A stretch of DNA of 32,000 nucleotides from Paramicrosporidium saccamoebae KSL3. Taxonomy: Eukaryota; Fungi; Cryptomycota. The notes under the pieces were generated by a model, which saw only the letters and a list, made by a program, of their open reading frames with translations, was not told the origin of the DNA and made no database searches. The stretch covers positions 1,298 to 33,297 of the forward strand of contig MTSL01000159.1 of NCBI GenBank assembly GCA_002794465.1, read 5' to 3'. Every line of letters starts with the position of its first letter. The first letter of the stretch is position 1. Of the stretch, positions 22,849 through 32,000 are shown one piece after another. The translations under genes were made by a program, and so were the position numbers.

Positions 22849-23467
22849 ATGTTGTCTGGGAATCTCTCATTTAACGAGGCCCTTTCAAGTCTCAATGTCG
22901 GGTATTTTAGCTCCTGTAACTCTCTTAACTGTCTGATAGAGAACTATTTAAGGACTTTGATGATAAGGGTGTCCTGGGAGACCTTGACTTGTATGAGCGG
23001 AAGTAGAATCGACATATTCGTCTAATACTGATAGGGGTAGAAAGCCTGAAAACGATTGGGATCTTCGTCGCGACTTGCACAACCTGACAAAAAAGGCTGA
23101 TACTTGTGATAGACTACTGGAGTCGCTTGTGGGTGAACGCCAAAGGTTTGAACCCTCGAAAAATAGCAGCGGCGATCTCGTGTCCACCCTTAATTCTCTC
23201 CGCGACGGCCAGCGCCAACTTATTCAGGTCGTTGACAAACTCAGATCAGAGCTCACAGAGGAAAGGCGGTCCAAAGAATTGCTGATTAGTGAAGTGAGGA
23301 ACATGTCTAATTCCTGGGCAGGATCCCAGAAGGCCCTGTCCCCAATGACCAACGCTCTTTCACCAGGAGCCTCAGAATCCGATCTGAAATACAAAGAACT
23401 GAAGAAAAAGCTACTCATGGCGAATTTAAAAATACTCGAGCTTCAAAATCGAAAAAATGACAAGTAA
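22849..23467 (+). CDS. Unknown coiled-coil protein (~182 aa); proposed exons 22849-22901, 22940-23002, 23035-23467
   Basis: The track ORF 23075..23467 lacks an ATG. GT-TAG introns of 38 and 32 nt extend it in frame to ATG 22849 (MLSGNLSFNEALSSLNVGELFKDFDDKGVLGDLDLYERKGRKPENDWDLRRDLHNL...). Heptad L/E/K-rich segments are present. The 5' exons are not homology-anchored. Confidence 0.55.
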
Positions 23468-23501
23468 ATATTCATATTCTCAATTCTGTTTTTAAAGGTT
23501 G

Positions 23502-24532
23502 ATGAGCATCAATCTCAGCGGCACGTTGCTTCCTCATCATGACAACACCTTTAGTAAAGGTGACTGTGGTACAAAGGTCTTTCAGGTAATAATACAAAGG
23601 AAGGATTGCTGTGGTGGGCGGCAGTCTTGAATACACTGGTGCACCTTACTTTGCCGCAATGGCTGCCCTCAGAACAGTAACTCCTTCAGCCATCAGCCAA
23701 CATCTAGGGCGCAGACTTGGCTTTCGTAATTTGTACACAAGACGCTGCAACTCCGATCAAATGCTATTCTCCCGAACTCATAGTATATCCTCTCTTGCCA
23801 TGCTCCAAGTCTGCATTTGCGGAAATTGACCCTAGTGCTATAGAACGGATATTTGCTCGTATTAATGTGGTAATATTTGGGCCTGGATTAGGGAGGGACG
23901 AAGTAACCCTTCAAGCCGTGTCTAAAATAGTCCTTTTGGCACATCAGAAACGTATTCCCACTATTCTTGACGGGGTAGCCACCCGGACCTACCTCTAGAT
24001 CCATTTTAGGATGCTCTATTCATGCTGTCTTTGTGCAAAGAAAAAGTTCCCACTGGTCCATTAACAATTCTGACACCTAACCATCGTGAAATGGCAATGC
24101 TTTGTAACGCTTTCGAGCTAGATGAGAGCTCCCCCGACGCTTGTCTATTACTTAGCAAGGCGGCCCAAGGATCATTAGTATTTTCTAAGGGTGCCAAGGA
24201 TTGTATTGCATACGAAGGTCGATGTACATCGTCGTCACACCAATGTCATTAATGTAGGTTTGCAGTGTGAATCACCGTCCGTGCCTCGCCGATGTGGGGG
24301 GCAAGGTGATATCTTGACCGGCATTCTAGCTACTTTCTGGCATTGGTTCAACATTAATCTTGCCGGATCAAAGAACAAAGACAAATCTCTGTTAGAAGTT
24401 GCGGCAGATTGTAGCAATTTGCTACGAATGGTAGCCCAACTAGGATATGGAGAACATGGTAGAGGGACAATTGCGACGGATTTTATTGACCAAATCCCCC
24501 GTGCTGTACGGCAATTTGAGCCCACACTGTAA
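23502..24532 (+). CDS. NAXD: ATP-dependent (S)-NAD(P)H-hydrate dehydratase (YjeF-C/CARKD); introns 23569-23599, 23677-23707, 23975-24009, 24218-24257
   Basis: SKGDCG|RIAVVGGSLEYTGAPYFAAMAALRT|GADLAFVIC...IKCYSPELIVYP, VIFGPGLGRD, ILDG|DAL, ILTPNHRE and RRCGGQGDILTG. Confidence 0.93.
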
Positions 24533-24962
24533 AACTCTGCATAGCAGAGGAATATTTAATGCTTGGCAATGTGCATATAAAAAATACGATAGTCATTCAC
24601 CACGATCCACAAGTAGATTTTTAGCGTTATGTGCTTTAATCGATTTCAGTTTGTGAGATTCAATAAATAGGGTTGACAAAGTAGAATTCTTGCATCATCT
24701 TGACGAAAATATTATTATTGGGCGCATTAAGTGTCGAATAAAAAATTGTCTTGCACAAAATTTAAAGGATGTGGTCGCTGGATGTTACACTTAATTATTT
24801 GCTCGCTGTGGAATCAAATCAAAAACAATTTTTGCCCATTTTGAAGCATTTGCACGAAGGGGGATCTGGACACAAAGAGCTTCGGACACGATCAAGGCCA
24901 TTTCGGCATTACTGCACATATGTTGGCTACGGTTTGCCAGCAAGTTTTATTGGATTCGATTT

Positions 24963-26093
24963 TTAAGACTCTCGTGCTGCAAAGGATTCATAGTCAAGAA
25001 CGTCATCTCGACTCCCTAAAACAATAGGACTACGTGCGTGGATGGACGCCGGAGTTACGTCAAGTATTGGCTTGCTGCCTGTTGAAGCATACCCACCTGC
25101 ATGCTCCATAATAAAGGCCATCGGAAAGCATTCATATAACAACCGCAACTTTCCAGATTTTGATTTTTGGTCGGCGGGATAGGCGAAAATCCCTCCATAT
25201 AATAATGTGCGGTGCACATCAGCCACCATGCTACCCACATATCGAGCAGAATAAGGCGACTTTGAAGCATCACTTGGATTTTTAATGCTGTCGAAATATG
25301 CGCGACATTCAGGTGTCCAGTATTTTGTGTTTCCTTCATTGACAGAGTAGATTTTTCCCCGATTTGGAATTTTAATCTACACACTAGTAAACGATATCCG
25401 GAGACGTACATTTTGGTTTGTTATAATAAACTCACCGAGGTTCTAAACTGTTAGATATAGTAGGACAGGGTATACAGGATCTAGAGTGAATCCATTTACT
25501 CCCTGGGAAGTAGCCAAAACAAGAATAGTAAAACTCCCATACATTGCATATCCTGCGGCGATCATCTCGCGGCCTGAGCGTAGAACATCACTGATCTCCC
25601 CGGTTGAGTTCTCCTTAACCTGATATATTCCAAATATTGTGCCAATAGAGACTCCAGCATCAATATTTGACGATCCGTCCAGCGGATCAAAGACAACGCA
25701 GTACTTTCCTCTCAGCGCAGGGTCTTCTACAAGTATTGCCGTTTCGTTTTCTTCTGAAACCATTACAGAGACTTTGCCACAGGATTTGAGACAATTTATG
25801 AAAATTTCGTTGGCGATAACATCGAGCTTTTTTACATCCTCGCCTTGCACATTTACACCTCCTGCCAGTCCGGTCCTAAAATATCATCACAGCCGCCAAT
25901 AATACAAATTGGCAAGTCCGGCTCGACGTACTTGGGATGATATGAACTTGCACGCAACTTGAATGGACACTAACAACAGAGTTAGATCCCCGCTTGCTTC
26001 CGGAATCGTTTGCTGGGTGTGTAGTACATGTCGTGACAAGGTAACAAGGTTAGTCTCGATCTTCTCATTATAAGAAGCGTCCTGGAGTTGCAT
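24963..26093 (-). CDS. FBP1: Fructose-1,6-bisphosphatase class I; introns 25905-25876, 25475-25443, 25409-25377
   Basis: [62 protein letters not shown] and [17 protein letters not shown]. Confidence 0.97.
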
Positions 26094-26160
26094 GATTATG
26101 GTACTGAATTCACGCCGATTATTTATATTAACGGGGACCGGGGCTTTAAGAATTACTGTG

Positions 26161-27095
26161 ATGGATTCTCATACAAAACAGCTTGTTTCTCCCGGGCAAC
26201 TGATAACCAATGATCCAGGATACATGAGGTTATAATGGTGTTCTTTCATAGAGTTTATAGAGGTCATGGAACCTATTGTATATCCGAGACCCTTGTGTCG
26301 TCTGTCGCAGGAAGCGTGGAGCGCGTTAATAAGCTTGTAAGTGTCAAGGCCCTTCGAAGCCGTTTCATGGCAGAGATAGGCGACGTTGTTGTTGGGAGAA
26401 TTATTGAGGTAGGCTGTATTTTATTTGTGACACGGGCTGTAGATAGGATCAAAGCGGTGGAAAGTAGACTGTAATTCGCGTCAAGACTCTGCGCTACTAC
26501 TTTCGTCGATTCATTTGCCGGGAGCTATTCAGGTTTTATCTTTTGAATAATTATGTCATATTTTAGCGTCGCAAATCGGAATCAGACGAGCTTCAAATGA
26601 GAACATTTTATTCCGAAGGAGAGATTATTGTGGTAAATCCAAGTGTGCACATTACTTAATACTTAGGCCGAGGTGCAAATGCTTTACCAGGATGGTGCAT
26701 TTGGAATTCACACACGTAATTTAAAATACGGCAAATTGGTGACAGGAGAACTTGTAAATGTGCAGCCAAATTTAGTTCGACGAAGCAGATCCCACTTCTT
26801 GTTGCTTTCCTGGGATGTTGAAGTTATATTGGGACTAAATGGATACATTTGGGTTGGATTGCCTCGAAAGACGCCGAATGAGCAGGATCTGGATGCCATT
26901 TACTCTTCGGAATTGCAACCAATATCGGTTCAGCAAAGAGAACAAATATCTCGCACGAGAAACTGTATCTTGGCTCTAGATAAGTGCTTCAGATCGATTG
27001 ACGAGGATTCCATTACGTTTGTCTATAATGCCTCAAGCAGTTGTAATATTCAGGAAATTCTCCATGACGAATTCCTCCTCAAACTATCCGCATAA
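26161..27095 (+). CDS. RRP4: Exosome cap subunit RRP4/EXOSC2; introns 26229-26260, 26409-26442, 26533-26566, 26633-26666
   Basis: GYMR|GHGTY, SVAGSVERVNKLVSV, EIGDVVVGRI, KRWKVD, RRKSESDELQMR, HTRNLKYGKL and VILGLNGYIWV. Confidence 0.95.
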
Positions 27096-27150
27096 TTTTT
27101 GTGCACATAGAACATGAATAAAATTCTATAATTTCAGTGTCTGCAGATAT

Positions 27151-28489
27151 CTAGGGCTTTTTGAGCACAGCGTAAAAAAATCCAATGGTATCTTCAAGAC
27201 CTGCAGGCCAAAATCGTTTTACCTTTTCACATTCACTGTCAGACAGTCCAAATCCCGAAAGACCGGGACTTCCATAGCCAAATCTTGGGGTTTCAAGCTG
27301 CATCCCTAATTCTTGAACAGCATAGGCAACGACCTGCTCGTTTTCATCGGGAACCATTGTACAAGTTGAATACGACATGCAGCCACCTGATTTAAGTAGA
27401 GCACACGCCGTTGACACCATCTTCATCTGATAACTAGCATATCCACGGAGGTTTGGACTGTAAGAGCTCGCAGGAATAAGAGGTCGTTGGCCGAACCCAC
27501 TGCATGGCGGATCTAAACAGATACGACTGAAACTATTCGGCAATAATTTATCTGTGCCTCCAGAGTACTCTGCAGGCGACACTCCCAGACCATCTGCACT
27601 TAGGAGCTTAGATGCGTCAGCAATATATGCTCTGGCAGAGGTAACAGATTGCTGTGCGAGTGTGTCCTTCAACTTGTTAACTTTGTTAATATTTTTGTCC
27701 AGAGATATCAGCAACCCGGTATTTTTCATTTTAATACCAATATGTGACGACTTGCCGCCCGGAGAGGCACACATATCCAGAACGATCTCACCTGGCCTAG
27801 GTGCAAGCTCCTCAACCACCAAAATGCTAGGCAAATTTTGGGGAAAGTACAACTGTCGGGGAAACTGCTCAAAGGAAGGCATTTTCCATTTAGTCTGTAT
27901 CATTTCAATGGCCAAACCTTTTGAAGGCTTGTCGAAAAATAGCTGCTCCCTCGACTATAACATCACGCCAAATTAGTAGACGTACCATTTTTAGTATTCC
28001 ATTTCCAACAAACTTCTTCCTGCCACCATAGATTTTGCGAAATCCCCGCGTGCATTTTTCATCCAGATCAGCCCATACGGATACAGCGCTGTCTCCAGTC
28101 GCGTCATCTTGAATCGCGATCACTCCTGGTCCAAACACATGTGCACCGCGTAGAACGGCTTGGGCGCACTCTACTGAAACAATTGCTTGTCTCTCGGTGG
28201 GAATAACATCGAGAGGCCCCTTTGCCTTTATTGTCAGTACTTCGGGCATACCGGGTAACGGAATAGCACAAAAAGATGAATCCTGAGCATGAAGAATAGC
28301 TGCAGCTTTTGTCAATGCCGCTTCGGGACTGGACTGCAACGTATTTACCCGAAGAACCGACATGGTTGGTGGGCTCAACAGGAATTCTGCATTGTGTATA
28401 ATCTGGTCGTGGGAAATGTCTTGGTCAACAGTGAGGAAACTAGTCAAAACCTTGGCGACAAGTTCGCAAGCATCAATAGAGTCCTCCAT
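27151..28489 (-). CDS. NSUN6: NSUN6-like tRNA C72 m5C methyltransferase with PUA domain; intron 27985-27955
   Basis: PPTMSVLRVNT, PUA-like CAQAVLRGAHVFGPGV, VLDMCASPGGKSSHI, LDPPCSGFGQRP and YSTCT with both catalytic Cys. Confidence 0.9.
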
Positions 28490-28521
28490 GAACCCCTTGC
28501 TAACGCAAACCTGGATCAATT

Positions 28522-29869
28522 ATGGGGACTCGGCGCAAGCAAAGGACACTGTCGTCTTTTTTAGGAAAGGAAGAACCTTACGACCAATTCTGGACGGAAA
28601 GGGATACAACATTAGTATACAACAGAGGATGCATTCCAGAAGGCATGTCAATATTGAAAGTTGCCACTTTCGACCTTGTACAAGTTCTCAACTGCAGTGT
28701 TGATGTGGGCTAGGATGAAACGTTAATAACCACGTCTTCTAAAAGGGTGTTTGGCAAAGATGCTGACGATTGGCGGTTTCTACTTTCTGAAGTGCCTGGT
28801 CGGCTAGCTCGTATACACGACGAAGGGTACTATGGATGTATGGTCACTGAATTGCGCTCTAGGTTTGTCATTGTCATATTTACCAACCAGCTTGGGGTTG
28901 GGATGGACGGCCAAGGCCAACGAATGGCCATCTTTAAGTCCAAGATACAGAATATTTTTGAAAAAGTTGCATGTCGGTGCAGGTCTCCTTATAAATCGTA
29001 GGTCAAGGTACCCATGATTTTGTACGCTGCGCTGGCTGAAGATGAGAAAAGAAAGCCATGCATTGGAATGTGGGAAGAATTTGTGGCCGATCATGCACAA
29101 TCTAGAACTGTAGATCTGACGGCTTCGTTTTTTGTGGGCGATGCCGCTGGTAGACAAGAGGGATGGAAGCTTGGCCGCCGCGCAGATCACGCCAGCACAG
29201 ACAGAAAATTTGCCATTAATGTGGGATTGAGGTTCTTTACTCCAGAGCAGTTTTTTCTGGGAGAGGCAGAGGTCGAGTACCCGAAAGATCCTTTTGATCC
29301 GCGAAAAATTCCGCAAGTCATATCGACTCCCTTGTCGGACGTGGTTCCCAACCTTGGTACAACTCGAGAAATTATTATATTTGTCGGATCACCTGCCTCT
29401 GGAAAAAGTACCTTTTATCAACGCTATCTAGAGCCTAAGAAGTATGCACTCATCAGCCAGGTATTCCATATCTAAGATTTATTTATAATTTCAGGACCAA
29501 CTGAAGACTTCCATCAAGTGCATCAAGCAGTTTGAGCAAATTTTGTCCTCGGAAAGTAGTATTGTAGTCGACAATACGAATCCAACAATCCAGGGACGCA
29601 AAGCATACATTGACATGGCACTTCAGAGAGACTTGCAAGTACGCTGTTTTTGGTTTCAAGCAGAGTCGCATCTATCGCATCATCTGAATATCCATCGTTC
29701 TATTACAAAGAAAACCCATAGACTTCCACGAGTAGCCTTTTCATCGTACCATAAACGCCTTGAAGAACCCACCTTGAAGGAGGGATTTTGTGAAATTATC
29801 AGGATTCCCTTCATCCCCGAGTTTGACAACACGGAAGACCGGCGGGTTTTTGAAATGCATCTTGTTTAA
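28522..29869 (+). CDS. PNKP: Bifunctional polynucleotide 3'-phosphatase/5'-kinase without FHA (Pnk1-like); introns 28678-28713, 28827-28862, 28966-29001, 29461-29494
   Basis: HAD motif FDL|DETLI, IFTNQ, RKPCIGMW, FFVGDAAGR, DRKFAINVGLRFFTPE, P-loop VGSPASGKST and VVDNTNP. Confidence 0.93.
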
Positions 29870-29896
29870 ACGATTTGTACAAGAGAATAGCATTAA

Positions 29897-31031
29897 TTAA
29901 AACGGCATTCCTGACAACCGAAAACGACTGCCAGATGGCAATCGGTCAATAAATGACGTAGGCCGGTCATCGCTAGAAGACATGAATCCCAGTCCCATTG
30001 TGGGGGTAGTAAATCCGTACCAAAATTCACCAAAGCCTCCCTCTTCAAGAATTAAACTGATGAATCCAGCCGATGGAGGGCGGTTAAACTCAATTTGTGT
30101 AAAATCTTGCAAGTATTTAGATAATATGGCTGATCGATCGGTATCAGAGTATGACCCTGCTTTAACGACAGAACATAGGGCTCTTGCAAAGTCTGTTTGC
30201 ATCAGCTGCTCCCCCGTACCTAATAGAGACAATCAGACAATCTCTCATAGCTTACCAGTTGTGCAGCAAGACATTTGTGCCAATCCTATGGCGCATTGGT
30301 TGGTTATCCAAAATCCACAGCCTGGGACCGCAGAGTCACCAATACGTCCCGCCGTCTTCAAGGATATGCCTCCAGTACTCACTGCAACTGCCATTGCGCC
30401 TTGTGAGTCAATTGCGATCGCGCCAACAGTGTCCTGTGTCTCTGCTTCATTGGGATCAGTGCTCGCTCCCAAGCTTGCTTTGTGCTTTTCATGCCTCTTA
30501 ATCGAAGCTGGACTAACCATAGGACCTGAGAGCGGCTCAGAATGCTCATACGTTGTCAAGTTACGATCTTTTGCAAACTTCCAGGCGCCCCTGCCACACA
30601 AGAACCTACAATGAGATACGCACACGGTTTGTGATACATTGGAGGTACTAACTTGGACCTAATTCTCTGCTCCTCTAAGACTTGACGGGCCAGAGAGATA
30701 GGATTCTTCACATCTGCAGGGTAACAATTTTTAACAAAACTATACTGGGAACAGCCCCAACTGATCCAAACAATCTCGACTGTCCCTCCATGATGGCGGC
30801 ATCACACTCCACCATACCATCCCAATTGAGGGATGAGCCAATTCCAGCATTCGTCAGTGGACAGTCTTCCAACATTTTGACTGCACCCTCAACTGTATCG
30901 AGGGCAGATACTCCTATCTTAAGAGCATTTATAGCTGCATGACAGGCACGGTTACACAGCTCATTCATGGCGCTTTCATTAGCGTACGAATGCTGTCCTG
31001 CGCCTACGTGAACAGCAACAAACTCCTTCAT
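29897..31031 (-). CDS. TASP1: Threonine aspartase (Taspase-1-like Ntn hydrolase); introns 30745-30714, 30637-30606, 30255-30220
   Basis: FVAVHVGAG, LEDCPLTNAGIGSSLNWDGMVECDAAIM, VKNPI, autocleavage site QD|TVGA, STGGISLKTAGRIG and TTG|TGEQL. The HVGAG start and GG..LK..GR motif favour Taspase over plain asparaginase. Confidence 0.85.
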
Positions 31032-31058
31032 CCCACAAAGTCTCACCGCTTCAACTGG

Positions 31059-31088
31059 CCAATCAAGCGGCTCGGGGCCCTATTTAAA
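31059..31088 (+). promoter_or_regulatory. CCAAT box plus TATA-like box upstream of the candidate snoRNA
   Basis: CCAATCA at 31059-65 and TATTTAAA at 31081-88, about 29 nt before the first hairpin. Confidence 0.45.
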
Positions 31089-31116
31089 GGCAAGTTGCAG
31101 ACCCTGACCCCGGACG

Positions 31117-31249
31117 AGCATTCTAGTGTACTGCGTTGGCCTGTGACCTGTGGCCTCCAGCTGAAGGATGCAGAATGCTAGATAAGTAGGTGACCGGAAT
31201 TTGGTGTCTGTGCTATATCACATTCTCCCATTACGGTAATCACACAAGC
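31117..31249 (+). ncRNA. Candidate box H/ACA snoRNA
   Basis: Hairpin 1 is closed by AGCATTCT/AGAATGCT (31117-24/31172-79) and immediately followed by AGATAA (ANANNA H box, 31180-85). Hairpin 2 is closed by GTGA/TCAC (31190-93/31240-43) and immediately followed by ACA (31244-46) + 3 nt. Length is ~133 nt. Confidence 0.6.
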
Positions 31250-31308
31250 CTATCTTCAAAACCAAAATCAACTCATATAACAGTGTGCATGTATGTATAT
31301 AGCCAGAG

Positions 31309-31696
31309 TTACTTGTATCCGTATGGTGCGGTAGTTGGGAGCTCTACCTTTGTGTAGTGCGGGTAGAAGTGGACAGGGCGGCGGCATTCGTGCTTCTTGG
31401 AAAAGTACGTGTAGCGCTCTAAGGGAGACAAGTGTGAGTACCGTAAAGTCAGGTTTGCGCGGTCCTACGCATCAAGCAATCTTTCACAAGAGAGATACAA
31501 GTGCCTTCATTTCTAATCCAAGACTATTCAATATCGTCAAGGTATTTTCAACATTTTTAAGTCTTTCTCGGATATGGCTCTTTCGGGATTGACTCATCTT
31601 ATATGGCAGTTTGCTAATACTATAAAAATGCATAAAGTGGCAGTACCGTAAGTAACTACCAAGCGTGACACTGGAAGCTCTAAAAGGTCCTAACAT
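31309..31696 (-). CDS. MRPL31: Fungal mitochondrial ribosomal protein L31 (mL60), 106 aa; exons 31696-31647, 31613-31499, 31464-31309
   Basis: MLGPFRASSVTLGSYLR|KLPYKMSQSRKSHIRERLKNVENTL...HLSPLERYTYFSKKH.CRRPVHFYPHYTK resembles MFGPFR...GGLLWKIPWRMS..QK...RERL..VD...S.KDKY.TF.KK...RK..H..P..TK. Introns are 33 and 34 nt. Confidence 0.85.
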
Positions 31697-31760
31697 GTCC
31701 GACAAACGTATAAATTCAGAACCAAAGTGCCGGGGGTCAGCCGTTAGCTTGCATCAACTG

Positions 31761-31863
31761 GTAAGACTTGTTCCACCTACTGTTGCTCCTTCCATCCGTC
31801 GTATGCATGGTGGATGGAGAATTCCTTTGCTACACATGGTTGAATGGTATTAACACAGTGTAG
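31761..31863 (+). other. Putative 103-nt 5'UTR intron of RPL41
   Basis: Donor GTAAGA at 31761, branch-like TTAAC near 31850 and TAG acceptor at 31861-63, two nt before the ATG. Confidence 0.6.
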
Positions 31864-31865
31864 AT

Positions 31866-31943
31866 ATGCGTGCTAAGTGGGCCAAGAAGCGTATGCGCCG
31901 CTTGAAGCGGAAGAGAAGGAAGATGCGCGCTCGTTCCAAGTAA
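31866..31943 (+). CDS. RPL41: Ribosomal protein eL41 (25 aa), below the ORF-track cutoff
   Basis: MRAKWAKKRMRRLKRKRRKMRARSK*. Confidence 0.96.
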   Translation: MRAKWAKKRMRRLKRKRRKMRARSK

Positions 31944-31994
31944 CAAGGGCAGCGCAAGCTCTAGCCGCCCAAGGCTGCATAAGTGTTAGCCATT

Positions 31995-32000
31995 AATAAA
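31995..32000 (+). terminator. Poly(A) signal AATAAA downstream of RPL41
   Basis: Canonical hexamer 51 nt after the stop. Confidence 0.55.

Noticed and set aside
22896-23014. Upstream extension of MBIP through an in-frame TAG (readthrough or recoding)
   Set aside because: The region is better explained by the plus-strand exons of the coiled-coil gene. All other genes use TAG as a normal stop.
24827-24862. Spliceosomal snRNA (AATTTTTG Sm-like site plus weak hairpin)
   Set aside because: None of the U1, U2, U4 or U5 signature sequences lie upstream, and the motif is expected in AT-rich DNA.
1-32000. CRISPR array, transposase/reverse-transcriptase genes, tRNA or rRNA genes
   Set aside because: None seen: no regularly spaced repeats with spacers, no mobile-element protein motifs, no cloverleaf or rRNA signature stretches.

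Overview
Eukaryotic nuclear DNA from a very compact, intron-containing genome. It is most likely an early-diverging fungus such as a Rozellomycota/short-branch-microsporidia-like lineage (inference from gene content, tiny spacers and tiny introns). I reconstructed 15 protein-coding genes by hand. In order they are: an orphan signal-peptide + GPI-type surface protein, TOR, APC11, LSM4, TRA1/TRRAP, ALKBH7, an MBIP homologue, an unknown coiled-coil protein, NAD(P)HX dehydratase, FBPase, RRP4, NSUN6, PNKP, Taspase-1, mitochondrial L31 (mL60) and RPL41, the last missed by the ORF track (16 including RPL41). Introns are 29-40 nt and almost all end in TAG, and most intergenic gaps are 16-80 nt. Most of the larger gaps hold non-coding structure. 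The strongest leads are: (1) two diverged ~147-nt copies of an unassigned structured element 21.8 kb apart, with compensatory base changes; (2) a candidate H/ACA snoRNA with its own CCAAT/TATA promoter, whose first pocket predicts a uridine flanking the LSU sarcin-ricin loop; (3) a possible spliced in-frame fusion of the coiled-coil gene to NAD(P)HX dehydratase; and (4) an oversized hairpin-containing 5'UTR intron in RPL41. All exon structures are manual inferences from GT-AG signals plus remembered family motifs; no searches or folding programs were run.
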